DNA of 64,000 nt. Source: Octopus sinensis (taxonomy: Eukaryota). A model generated the notes under the pieces. It had not been told where the DNA came from and did no database searches. It worked only from the letters and a program-made list of their open reading frames with translations. The stretch covers positions 34,720,001-34,784,000 of the forward strand of contig NC_043013.1 in assembly GCF_006345805.1 (NCBI RefSeq). The letters run 5' to 3'. This document shows, in pieces, positions 51,890 through 64,000 of the stretch (the stretch's first letter is position 1; every line of letters begins with the position of its first letter). Both the position numbers and the translations under genes were made by a program.

Positions 51890-52368
51890 TATGTATGTAT
51901 ATATACATAGAGCTTGCTAGCTATGTGTGTCTGCCCAAAACCTTGTGAGAGGATTTGGTAAAAGTTAAGCAAAGCTATTGTAGTCACTCCTATCAACAAA
52001 TTGCTCACTCACTTTGAGCATTTGGAAACATGAAATAAGGGACCCCAGATAAAAGTTAGTAACAAAAATGGCATCCAGCCTCAATATATTCATCTTACCC
52101 ATACTAGGTTAGAAAAATAGAAATAACATGAACAATCTATATATATATATATATATATCATCATCACTACACTCTCGGAGTGGTTGGCGTTAGGAAGGGC
52201 ATCCAGTTGTAGAAACTCTGCCAGATCAAGACTGGAGCTTGGTGCAGCCATCTAGTTCGCCAGCCCACAGTCAAACCGTCCAACCCATGCTAGCATGGAA
52301 AGCGGACGTTAAACGACAATGATGATGATGATGCTGATGATTAATATATATATATATATATATATATA

Positions 52369-52423
<55 letters not shown>

Positions 52424-52446
52424 GTGTATATATATATATATCTCTC

Positions 52447-52825
52447 TCTATATAAACGGCAGTTTGTCTGTGCGTGTTTCTGTGTGTCTGTTTGCTTGTA
52501 CCCTCACCCTGACCACGGCTTTCAACCGATTCTGATGAAACTTGACACACACATAGCCCAATGTCATAATTCAAAACTAACGCAGCGAAAATTTTGAAAA
52601 CTTCCCCCAGTTCTGAAAAAAATCGATAAATTCGACATGGGGTCGAGAATCAGAAACACGAACCACAAACTGTCTAGGGGACGCAACTCCACCTTTTTTA
52701 AATCTCAAAAAAAAATTTACCATCATTTTTTTCCATTTTTTTGCTGTTTTTTGGCTATAACTCTCTAAAAATGATTTATAGTTATTTCCCTTACAAACCT
52801 GAGCAACGCCGGGCGATACTGCTAG
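52447..52825 (+). mobile_element. Non-autonomous Helitron (DINE-1/HINE-like)
   Basis: 5' TC start in (TA)n, a 5' (TGTC/TG)n stretch and a TTCAACCGATTCTGATGAAACTTG block. Subterminal CCTGAGCAACGCCGGG hairpin-like motif and a 3' CTAG (52822-52825) followed by T. Confidence 0.8.
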
Positions 52826-52861
<36 letters not shown>

Positions 52862-52993
52862 GTATTGGTATCCAGAAGACCCAAGGTGGAAGGCAAGGCT
52901 ATGTAAGTGCCATGGAAGGAACATAGTTAAACTCTCAGTTCGATAATGATATGAACAAGGAGTCTTGTGCAGGTCCTGTATGAGCATGTATAT

Positions 52994-53452
52994 GTTAAAT
53001 AAAATGAGACAACAAAGCCAAGGTTGTGTGGAATTTGCATGACATTTATAAAGAGAAAGTTAGTCTTACAGCTGTTTCTGGGATTTTAGGGATATTTTAG
53101 GGACATCCTTTGATCAGAAACGATGTGAGAGAGTTAAATAGAGGGAAATAGTAGTGCTCAATATAAGGAGTTATTTTGGAAAAGGATGGCAGTAAGAAAT
53201 AGAAAGGGAAATGAGAGATTGAAAGCAATTTTTACTTTTATTTTCTTATTTCCCTTTATACTTCTTATTTCCATTTTCCAAAATAACTCCTTCTTTTGAA
53301 CTCTACTATTTCCCTCTATGTAACCATCTCATATCGTCTCTGATGAAGGGATATCACTAATATCCCAGAAACAGCTGTAAGACTAACTTTCTCTTTATAA
53401 ATATCCTGAAATTTCCACACACCCTTGGCTTTATTGTCTCATCATATTTAAC
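52994..53452. mobile_element. Inverted-repeat PLE-like element (second ribozyme family)
   Basis: About 52994-53215 is a diverged reverse complement of about 53240-53452; both arms contain CCCAGAAACAGCTGTAAGAC. Confidence 0.75.
53336..53383 (+). ncRNA. Minimal type I hammerhead ribozyme motif (canonical CUGAUGA core, GUA triplet)
   Basis: GUCU-CUGAUGA-A-GGGAUAU-CACUA-AUAUCCC-A-GAAAC-AGCU-GUA|AGAC; stem III is the perfect palindrome ACAGCUGU. Confidence 0.75.
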
Positions 53453-53489
53453 TCACTTTCACACAAACACACACACACACAAATATATA

Positions 53490-53537
<48 letters not shown>

Positions 53538-54627
53538 TAGATAGATAAATAATAGATAGATAGACAGATAGATAGATAGACAGATAGATAGATAAGTAGA
53601 TAGATAGATACACACAAACATGCATATATGTATGCACACATGCAAACATATAGACACACACACATATATATATATACACATATATATATATACACATACA
53701 CACACACATTAATGCGTATATATTAGTCTTTTATTTACCAGGAATATTAACCAAACTGGGAATGATTTCATAATATGTAAGTGACCAATGATTGCATTGC
53801 ATGCTGCCAGGATTGGTCTAAATTAAGAAAGCACTTTATCTCATATAGAAACGATTGCTTCTGAGAACATTCCGATTATCAGTAAATCAGTCTGTAGAAT
53901 ATTCCCAAATACATCTTTTGTTCTAGCCACTATTTGGCTATTAATATTCCAATCGGCAACCTTCTCAACTCGATTACAAAGATTACATTCTCATTGTGTT
54001 TCTGCTTAGAGAAAATTGCTCGACCAAGTGCGATGAATCTTGGAATTGGTAAAATTAAGGACTGTACTATTCAAATGTTCTGTGTGCTTTATTGACTAAG
54101 AATATATTGCTTTTTGATTATTTCTTTCTATAACTTTTGTTTTAATTTTCTATACAAAACGCAGACATACGTCTATGGAAATGTTGTTCAGATGTTGCAA
54201 TCATGCATCATATAAAGTCTATTTAATCATGCAATTATCATTTACAGAACAATGGCTCAGTGGCCAGTGGGAAGAATGCCAGACTGGGAACCTTGCTGTG
54301 GCAAGCCAAAATCACTACTTGACTACTTATGAGTAACTGAACTGAAATCGGCAGCTGAATATGTCTTCAGCTCTTGTGAAATTCAGACTGTAAAGTTCAG
54401 GATTTGATTCAAATTTTGAATTATGAATGAACCTATTCATCGCTGAGAGTCACAGTTAACTATTATAAAAGTGACTCAGTCTACAGGACTAATGTTGACC
54501 ACTTTGTAAATCCACTGGTGTTGCTGCAAACCATTGACAAGGATATACATATCCTTCAAATACCTCTGATTTCATTATTTGTTGATTGAAGTCAAGCATG
54601 ATGATGGATGCACCACGTAAGATGCTA

Positions 54628-55171
54628 CGAAGGTGAGTCAAAAAGTAAAGCCACTTTGTTTAGGATAGGTATAATTACCAACACAGGAACATATATAATA
54701 CATCAAAATGAAGCTAGTCCTCTGTGGATCACATTACTACTACTCAACAGAGTCACCGTTTCTCTCAATAGCAATGTTCCACCTTTGAATGAGAGCATGT
54801 ATCCCTGCCCTGTGAAATTCTGTTGATTGTTCTTTGAGCCTATTCTTCACTACAGTTTTCTCTTCCTCATCAATGGACTATCATCGTCACTGGACTATCA
54901 TCTCTTCAGCCCCATGAAAGAGGGTTTGAGAGGCAAACATTATTCCAGTGACGAGGAAGTGAAAAATTGTAATGAAGAAGTGGTTCAAAGAACAGTCAAC
55001 AGAATTTTACGGGACAGGGATACATTGCTATTGAGAGAAATGGTGACTATGTTGAGAAATAGAGATGTAATCCACAGAGGACCAGCTTCATTTTGATTTA
55101 TGATACATGTTCCTGTGTTGGTAATTATACCTGCCCTAAACAAAATGGCATTACTTTTTGACTTACCCTTG
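54628..55171. mobile_element. Foldback mariner derivative made of two inverted 3' ends
   Basis: TA on both sides; arms at about 54628-54877 and 54945-55171. Internal DYHLFSPMKEGLRGKHYSSDEEVK and IAIERNGDYVEK* come from the mariner transposase C-terminus. Confidence 0.88.
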
Positions 55172-55299
55172 TAATTACAGGATTTGTACAGTGTTGTTGC
55201 ATATTCATGTCTTTTAAAGTTAATCATTGTTTCTAAGAAAGGCAAGAGACAAGAAATCTGGTGGTGTTGTCGATGGGGGTGAAGAGGTATGATGGATAA

Positions 55300-55854
55300 A
55301 CCAATCCCAGTACATAACTGGCAGTTTTACTTTATTGTCCCCAGAAAAATGAAAGGCAAATTCGACATTGGTGAGTTTTGAACTCAGAGCATAAAGAACT
55401 GAAACAAATAATAACACAAAATATTTTGCCATGTGCTCCAGCAAATCTGCCAATCCCTTACTGTATCTTTCAAAAATAATAATGGGTTCAAATTTAGGCA
55501 CAATGCTAGCAATTTGGGGTAAGAGGTAAGTCGATGGCATTGACCCCAGTGTTTAATTGATATTTATTTTATCGACCCCAAAACTGTGAAAAGCAAAGTC
55601 AAACTCAGTAGAATTTGAACTCAAGACATAAAGACAGACAAAATGTTGCTAAGCGTTTTGTCTGGTATACTCTTTTACTCTTTTACTTGTTTCAGTCATT
55701 TGACTGCAGCCATACTGGAGCACTGCCTTTAGTTGAGCAAATGAACCCCAGGACTTAGTCTTTGTAAGCCTAGTACTTATTCTATCAGTCTCTTTTGCTG
55801 AACCACTAAGTTACATCGGTTGTCAAGCGATGTTGGGGGAACAAAAACACACAA

Positions 55855-55889
<35 letters not shown>

Positions 55890-57011
55890 ACACACACATA
55901 TATATATATACGACAAGCTTCTTTCAGTTTCCATCTACCAAATCCACTCACAAGTCTTTGGTCGTCCCGAGGCTATAGTAGAAGACACGTACCCAAGGTG
56001 CCATGCAGTGGTAATGAACCCAGAACCATGTGGTTGGTAAGCAAGCTACTTACCACACAGCCACTCCTGTGCCTATGCTAATGATTCTACTGGCTCACTG
56101 CCTTTTTCGACCTTGAGTTGTATTTATTCGCAAAAATGCTGAACCCATTTGGTTTTTACTTCATCCACCCTTTGGAGAACAGCACAAAGATTTGTTTGGG
56201 ATTCTTAGCCATGAGATCCTTGATGGGAGAGGTCTGGGAGACATTGTATCAGTTACTTAGATCAACTGCAACATTTTTCAGGTTACTTCTAACTTGCATC
56301 ATTCTTTTCCATGTTGACCCAAATCGTGTATCTAAATCATCTTCCCATTATCATGGAAGAGAGTGGAGACACGTGGATTAGTGGTTAGCATGTTGGACTC
56401 ATGAATGTAAGATCGTGGTTTCAATTCATAGACTGGGCGATGCTTTGTGTTCTTGAGTGAAAGTGAGTAATCCTGTGACGGACTGGCATCCCATCCAGGT
56501 GAGGAATTTATATGCCATAAAACTGGGAAACTGGCCCTTATGAGTCGGCATGACTCAAAGAGGTAACTTTACCTTTTTACCATCAGAGAAACCTTCTGAG
56601 GGTTTTTTTAAAAATCATTTGGATGCCCCTCAACAACTGCACAGATTCTGTTGTCTTTCTTTCTTTTATTTCTTTTACTTGTTTCAGTCATTTGACTGCG
56701 GTCATGCTGGAGCACCGCCTTTAGTCGAGCAAATCGACCCCAGGATTTATTCTTTGTAAGCCCAGTACTTATTCTATCGGTCTCTTTTGCCGAACCGCTA
56801 AGTAACGGGGACGTAAACACACCAGCATCGGTTGTCAAGCAATGCTAGGAGGACAAACACAGACACACAAACACATACACACACACATATATATATACAT
56901 ATATACGACAGGCTTCCTTCAGTTTCCGTTTACCAAATCCACTCACAAGGACTGAACCCAGAACCATGTGGTTGGTTAGCAAGCTAGTTACCACACAGCC
57001 ACTCCTGCGTC
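55300..57011 (-). mobile_element. SINE cluster: two degenerate B (about 55300-55460 and 55485-55668), A (55669-56073), degenerate C (+, about 56365-56580), and A with an internal deletion (56661-57011)
   Basis: Family-diagnostic motifs as above. Confidence 0.8.
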
Positions 57012-57059
57012 TGTGAACTTTAAAAAAATATGTCCAGCCCAACACAACGTTTCCTTTCA

Positions 57060-57400
57060 GTATTTTGCAATCTTGTTGTTCACTCCACCCTTTTCTTGAA
57101 TTATCTCATTTCGGATATGATTTGACAAGGATTTCCAGACCCTTTTCCTTGTAGTCAGTCAATGTTCTTCCTTCTTTATAGCTCACATCTCACCTGACTT
57201 GACTATAACATGTGTAGTCTTGACCACCTTTGCTTTGAGTACATCTTTTATTGAGGTAAACAAAGTATCAAACAGAAGGTGTAATTCAACTGTAAATGTA
57301 TCAAAACCATAGTGATATTTGTTAGGCAGCTGATGATGGCAATATATGCCTGATATGCTTGTTATGTATGAATCTTTTATATCTTGGAGCCTCATTATCC
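57060..57400 (-). pseudogene. Highly decayed RTE-like LINE fragment
   Basis: The frame of ORF 57183..57395 continues VVKTTHVIVKSGEM*AIKKEEH*LTT...SLSNHIRNEIIQEKGGV..KI, resembling VVRP..LYG.E.W.IKK...DRIRNE.IR...GV. Confidence 0.35.
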
Positions 57401-58734
57401 TGAGTTTTTCTTCATTCTCATAAGGCTGAACTTGTTAAAATGTTCACGGTTTACAGTAGTTTTGTTGTTTGTATTATTACACATATTGATATAGCAAAAT
57501 TGTGTTCACTGCAAGTCTAAATCCTGCTAGGATAATGATTAAAGGTTTCTAGATTTGGGATGTATTGTGGCATACATCATCATCACCATCATCATCGTTT
57601 AACATCCGCTTTCCATGATTTGGACAGTTGACAGGAGCTAGCCAACCAGAAAGCTGGCCACATTCCAATTATCATTTTTCGCATGGTTTCTATGACTGGA
57701 TGCCCTTCCTAATGCCAACCATTTTATGTACCATAAGCATTAGAGAGAAAGAGAGAGAGAGACAGAGAGGGGGAGAGACAGACAGACAGACAGACAGTCA
57801 GTCGGACAGTCAGACAGATGACTATCACAATCACAATCTGTTATGTATTGAGTTTCTTCAGACTGATGTTTTTATTTCAAGAAAACAACCACTATCATGA
57901 TAAATAAGTTAACGAACTAATGATTAATTAAACGAAGATTAATGAAAGGGCTTCATATAAATTATACACAAAATAATCAAGAATACATACAACAATTCTG
58001 TGGGTAGATTTATTATTCTTTACAACCACACCACAGCATAGAGGTGCAGGTATAGCTGTATAGTAAAACCATATGGTTTTGGGTTCAGTCCCATTGCAAG
58101 GCACCAGGGGCAAGTGTCTTCTACTCAGCCCTGGGCCAATTAATGTTTGATGAGGGGATTTGGTAAACAAAAACTGAAGGAAGTTCATTGCACATTTGTG
58201 TGTGATTATCCCCACCTCTAATTCATAATGGATGTTGGTTTGTTTACATCCCCATAAATGATGAAATTTGTACTAGACTTCAAACAAACCAAAAAAAACG
58301 TATTGTGGTTGATTTCTTTGACTAAATCCCTTCAATGCGGTACCTCTGCATGGGTTGCAGTCCAATGACAGAAGTAAACAACAGTAAAATGTGTGTGTGT
58401 GCATGTATTATGTATGTGTAATGTATGTATAGTCATTATTTTATAGGATATATGATGCAAAAGAGATCATTGAACAGGTCATACAGGCATAATCAAAAAC
58501 TAATGATTTTGCTAGCTAAATATATAATGAAGCACAGAATGAATGACTAACAACGAGAGTTTGTGTTCAATAGGTAAACAGATAAACATTACTTTCTCTT
58601 TGTGGGTGCACACATGCATATATATATATGTGTGTGTGTATATGTATATATATATAGTATATATATATATATAATATATATGTATGTATGTATGATATAT
58701 ATATATAGTGTGTATATATCTATATATATATACG

Positions 58735-58912
58735 CATTTTTTTTCTTCTCTTGTTTCTCTCCGTGTTTCTTTTCTGTTGTATCTTTCTGTTGAAAGAATA
58801 GGCTCGAAACGTAAAAGACTTGTTTTATTTATATTCCTGCAGCGCCCATACTATACAATGTTTGTTTGTATTCCACCTGCCTTCGTCTTTTATATTTTCA
58901 TAAAGCTTCCCG
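58735..58912 (+). mobile_element. Small PLE-like element with a degenerate hammerhead-like motif (third ribozyme family)
   Basis: CTTT-CTGTTGA-A-AGAATAGGCTC-GAAACGTA|AAAG at 58783-58817, with flanks homologous to 51033-51220; (TA)n on both sides. Confidence 0.55.
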
Positions 58913-59232
58913 TATATATATATATATATATATAATATATATATATATATATACATATGTGTGTGTGTGTATATAAACATTTATGATTTATTACAGAGCA
59001 AGGCAGTGTATGTATATATATTATACATATGTATGCATATATACATACATGTGTGTGTATATATGTGTGTGTGTGTGTGTATCTCACATTGCTCAGGTCC
59101 ACTCAGCTAGCAAAAGTAAGTTGTTCCTGTAATTCAAGAGGGCCAGCCTTGTCACACTCTCAAATCTTCCTGAGAACTACATTAGGGGTAGAAATGTCTG
59201 TGGAGTACTCAGCCACCTGCATGTTAATCTCG

Positions 59233-59332
59233 CTTTCACAGTTCATTCATCTTAAACTCAAGCAGTCTCTTCAGAACAATATCCTCATCCCTCCTCAACA
59301 CATGTCCATACCACCACACTCCATTTGCCCTC
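59233..59332 (-). pseudogene. RTE LINE fragment
   Basis: RANGVWWYGHVLRRDEDIVLKRLLEFKM matches the RWYGHVLRRDE motif. Confidence 0.65.
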
Positions 59333-59659
59333 GTCAGCTGTTCCACCATTTCCTCCAACCCCTAGCATCCCCATCAAGTCCTCAGCCCTCCTTTTATCCA
59401 ATAGTTGCACACCACACATTGCTCTCACCATTGTTCACTCTTGGTCCTTCTCAATTTGGTCAGTAAAAGATAACACTGATTATCTTGTCAGTTATCAGCT
59501 TTCAGTTAGCACAGAAATATTGATACCAAATAACAAAAAAAATAAGCACTATGGTCGATTTAAGTGAAATTAATTATCATTTTGTGTTTTTGAATCATTA
59601 ATCTATGTCTTCCATGCAGCAATTGTTTAAGTTAAAGTTCCAACATTAAATTCACCAAA

Positions 59660-59730
59660 GCCAGCTTCGATTTCATTCTTTCAGGGTTGATAAAACAAGT
59701 ACCGGTCGAGTACTGGGGCCATGTAACTGA

Positions 59731-59773
<43 letters not shown>

Positions 59774-60021
59774 ATATATATATATATATATATATATTCT
59801 TTATGCCCACAAGGGGCTAAACATAGAGAGGACGAACAAGGACAGACAAAGGGATTAAGTTGATTACATCGACCCCAGTGCGAAACTGGTACTTTTATTT
59901 AACAACCCCGAAAGGATGAAAGGCAAAGTTGACCGTGGCGGAATTTGAACTCAGAACGTAATGACAGATGAAATACTGCTAAGCATTCCGCCCGGCGCGC
60001 TAACGTGTCTGCCAGCTCGCC
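59660..60021. mobile_element. SINE B core fragment (+, about 59660-59735) and full SINE B (-, 59797-60021), separated by (TA)n
   Basis: Family B motifs. Confidence 0.85.
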
Positions 60022-60512
60022 ATGCATTTACACACATATATATGTATGTACATATACGTACAAACATACACACTATAGATAGATAGATATAGATAAATAA
60101 ATAGATGGATAGATACGCACAGGATATATGTATATGTGTTTATATGTGTATAAAGGTGAGTGGGTGCAGACTTTGCTCCAACTCATAGACTGGAATACAA
60201 TTATCTCTCTCAGTCTTTCTCTCTCCATCTCCATCTCATTTGTTATCGTTTTCTAACCCAGGGGTTGTGTGTTTGTTTCCATTATTTCTCTTCATATTGC
60301 AACTGTTCATCATCTTCTATTTGAAGCTTCTCACCGTCAACACCAAGCACGCCCACCACCACTCTCCCACCATCAGTATCCACTGCCTCAGACCTCCACC
60401 ACATTTCGGTCCAACAGTAAACTTAATAGAATAATTAGTGAAACAATAAACTTGAACTACATTTATATAAATATATAACTACATTATATATATATAACTA
60501 TATATATATATA

Positions 60513-60560
<48 letters not shown>

Positions 60561-61110
60561 GTATATATATAGGATGTATATTATAATAGTGAGAGGTGTG
60601 ATATTGAATCTGTGTCTCTATATTGAAACCATTGTATTATTTAAGAGTGAGTGGGAGGTGAGGAAAGGTTCTATTTAAACTGCCCGAACTTAGCTTTTTG
60701 TATAGTTTTGTCTTTATTCTAGCCTTTGTATTATTCTTAGAATACATTTTTCTGAGTTGTTTTTACTTCGTTATATTTAAAAATTTATTACTTTCACTTA
60801 TCTTCATTTTAATTTTATTATTCATCTTAATTATTAATTGCTTACTTTTACATATTTATCTTTTATTATCTTCATTATTGTCCTTCTTATCAATATTATT
60901 ATTATCATCATCATCATCATTATTATTATTATTATTATTATTTGTTTCTTTTTTGGAGAGGAGGGGATTCTGAATTTTTCTTCCCTTAATGAATTTGTTT
61001 CGCAATTAACGTCAACATAAAGCAAAAGAAATGATAAACTAAAACAAAAAAAAAATGGGGTAAAAAAAAAAGAAATGAGAAAACTGCAATGTATTTATTT
61101 TTATTTGTTT

Positions 61111-61147
<37 letters not shown>

Positions 61148-61834
61148 GTGTATGTTTTTTCTTCCCTTTCTCTATCTTCTGACCTTTTCATTAATTAAAA
61201 TGCGAACTAGAGCACACAACAGCTTTTAATTGAAAATAGAAACTATAGAGTCTTGAAAGAATCTAAAATAGAAAAGGAAAAATAAAACCAAAATAGACCA
61301 ATAAATTAAACAAAAATAGACACACACATGCATGCAAGCATGCACACATACACAGACATATATATGTAACAATTGCAAATACTAGAACCTTCCTCCTTAG
61401 CTATAAAAGAAGTCAAAAAGAGAAAATAACAATCCTTGAACAAAGTCTAAATTGCCAGCTTCATTTAAACAAGTTCATTTTCTCTGCCATCTGAATAGCT
61501 TCATTTAATTATTAATTTACAAGCCTATCTGTATATCCATCTATCGTCTTCTCTCATTAGACCACCCATAAACGCATAGGTGGCTATGAACATATGCATG
61601 TGTGTGCATGCGTGCATGTGTGTGTATGTGTGTGAGTGAGTGTGTGAGTGTGTGTGTGTTTGCCATGTGTGTCCAACACTTGCCAGTACAGAAATGATGA
61701 TGATGATGGTGATGATGACGTGCACGTGAATATACATGCATTTGTAATGTATAAATATATTTCAATATGTGTAACTATGTGTGTGTGTGTCTGTGTGTGT
61801 CTGTGTGTATGTGTGTGTATTTCTGTATTTTTAT

Positions 61835-63082
61835 TCTATTATTTGTTTCTGTCATTTGACTGCGGCCATACTGGAGCACCGCCTTTAGTCGAATAAATTG
61901 ATACCACAGGACTTATTCTTTTTAAGCCTAGTAATTATTATATCAAATTCTTTTGCTGGACTGCTAAGTTTAGGTATGTAAACACACCAACATCGTATGT
62001 CAAGTGATGGTGGAGGGACAAACAAAGGCACACAAAACACACACACACACACACACACTCACACACACACACACACAACACACACACACACACATACATA
62101 TATATAGGTGCAGGAGTGGCTGTGTGGTAAGTAGCTTGCTTACCAGCCAGATGGTTCTGGGTTCAGTCCCACTTGGGCTGACCAAAGCCTTGTGAGTGGA
62201 TTTGGTAGACAGAAACTGAAAGAAGCCCATCGTATGTATGTGTATGTGTGTGTTTGTGTGTCTGTGTTTGTCCCCCCAGCATTGCTTGACAACTGATACT
62301 GGTGTGTTTACAATCCCCATAACTTAGCAGTTCGGCAAAAGACACTGATAGAATAAGTCCTGGGGTCGATTTTCTCACCAAAATATGGTGCTCCAGCATG
62401 GCCACAGTAAAATGACTGAAAGAAATAAAAGAATAAAAGAATATATATATGTATACGACAGGCTTCTTTCTGTTTCCGTCTACCAAATCCACTCATAAAG
62501 CTTTGGTCGGCCCAAGGCTCTATTTAGTAGAAGACACCCAAGGTGCCACACAGCGAGACTGAACCTGGAACCATGTGGATGGAAAGCAAGCTTCTTACCA
62601 CACACACAACACACACACACACACACATATATATAATATATGTGTTATCTTTTACTTGTTTTAGTTATTAAACTGTGGCCATGCTGGGGCACCACCTGAA
62701 AGCTTTTAATCAAGTGAATTGACCAAAGTACTTATCATCTGTTTTTAAGTTTCCTATCAGTTTCTTTTGCTGAACTGCTAAGTTATGGTAACATAAATAT
62801 GCAAACACCAGTTGTCAAGTGGTGGTAGGGGCTAAAACACATGCAAAAACTTACAAGCATACATACACACATATATACATACATACATACATACAAACAT
62901 ACATACATACATACATACATACATACATACATACATACATACATACATCACAGGTTTCTTTCAGTTTCCATGTACCAAATTCATGTGAAGGGTATTGGTC
63001 AATCCAGTGTTATAGTAGAAGGTGTCATGCAATGGAATTGAACCCAGAACCATGAGGCTGGAAAGCAAACTTCTTACCACCA
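61835..63082. mobile_element. Cluster of four SINE A copies or fragments in -, +, -, - orientation
   Basis: About 61835-62035 (-), 62107-62440 (+), 62452-62602 (-) and 62648-63082 (-). Confidence 0.85.
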
Positions 63083-63289
63083 CTATAGAAGTATATGTGT
63101 ATAAATAGCCAAATACAGTCACACACACATGCTTCACTTCATGCTCTTGCTTGGTGATACTCAGGTCATCCCAGGTTAGTGGTCCCAGAAATGCCATCTT
63201 GTGTAGAGCACACACACACACACACACACATATATATACAAACATATATATACAGACCAAATATCAATAGATACGGAGAGATATGCTCA

Positions 63290-63610
63290 GACCCCCTTTG
63301 GTCATGATTGACCCTGGGATTGCACCTAGAAATTTACCCTCCCAGGCACAAGTCCAGGCAAGGTTGTTTATGGAAGACCAGTTGTCACCCATGCATACTG
63401 GCCTACCCTCTCCATGCCACCAGTGTTATCCAAGGGAAAGGCAAAGCCCAGTACAGCTTGGCACCTGTGACGTCCCAATTCATTTCTACAGCTGAGTGAA
63501 CAGGAGCAACGTGAAATATAGTGTCTTGCCCAAGAATACAACACACAGCCTGGTCTGGGATTCGAACTCACAACCTCACGATCACAAGCTCAACGCTCAA
63601 ACCACAGACA
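63290..63610 (-). mobile_element. SINE family E (tRNA head plus a CORE-like central block)
   Basis: Minus strand: GAGTTCGAATCCC B box, then TTCTTGGGCAAGACACTATATTTCACGTTGCTCC...CACTCAGCTGTAGAAATG. Related fragments at about 25350-25430 and 59080-59230. Confidence 0.7.
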
Positions 63611-63730
63611 TGAGCCTTCATGCAGAGAGATATATGCAGTCATATACTCATGCATTTATACACCTATATATGCATTATTTCATATGTACATTTATAATAA
63701 TGCATGGTACATGTATGTGTGAGTGTGTGA

Positions 63731-63798
<68 letters not shown>

Positions 63799-64000
63799 TG
63801 TGTGTAGTGTGTTTGTGTTTGGTTAGATCTTACTCACTCTCACAAAATTTACAACAGGTAGGCAGTGCGGCTGTTGTAGTCTGTTCACTAGTCAACAAAT
63901 CATCCTTTCACTTCATGCCTTCAAAGCCGCCACATACAATGAGGGTTTCCTCATTTGAAAAACAGATAAAGGTCAGTGACAGGAAGGGCACCCAGCTGTA

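Noticed and set aside
52530-52545. CTGATGA motif (also at 22986, 23807, 49918 and 57330)
   Set aside because: No stem II, GAAA and cleavage-triplet arrangement follows; these sit within the Helitron, LINE remnants or (GAT)n repeats.
57183-57430. Minus-strand ORF ending at a CAG/GTGAGA donor, resembling a real exon
   Set aside because: The same frame continues past the donor with RTE-like motifs (AIKKEE, NHIRNEII), so a decayed LINE is the simpler explanation.

Overview
This is AT-rich animal genomic DNA, saturated with microsatellites and interspersed repeats. The repeat repertoire looks like octopus or another coleoid cephalopod, but that is inferred from recall, not from a search. No complete protein-coding gene is recognisable, and nearly all ORFs in the supplied track are translations of simple repeats. 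The window is probably intronic or intergenic, with a few weak candidate micro-exons. Content: at least five SINE families (labelled A-E here, over 40 copies or fragments, several with target-site duplications, TSDs), about six decayed RTE-type LINE pieces, mariner and maT-like transposase remnants, piggyBac-like (TTAA) and hAT-like MITEs, and one non-autonomous Helitron. The most striking signal is a set of small non-coding elements sitting in (TA)n tracts that carry minimal type I hammerhead ribozyme folds with palindromic stem III, as in Penelope-like elements (PLEs) and non-LTR retrozymes. A young inverted element at 1481-2196 has two copies of a hammerhead with a compensatory U3-A8 core and a 362-bp permuted monomer. 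A second family at 52994-53452 has a CUGAUGA core, and a third (51.1 kb and 58.8 kb) has a U6-variant core. All coordinates were read by eye and may be off by a few bases. Family assignments need database confirmation.
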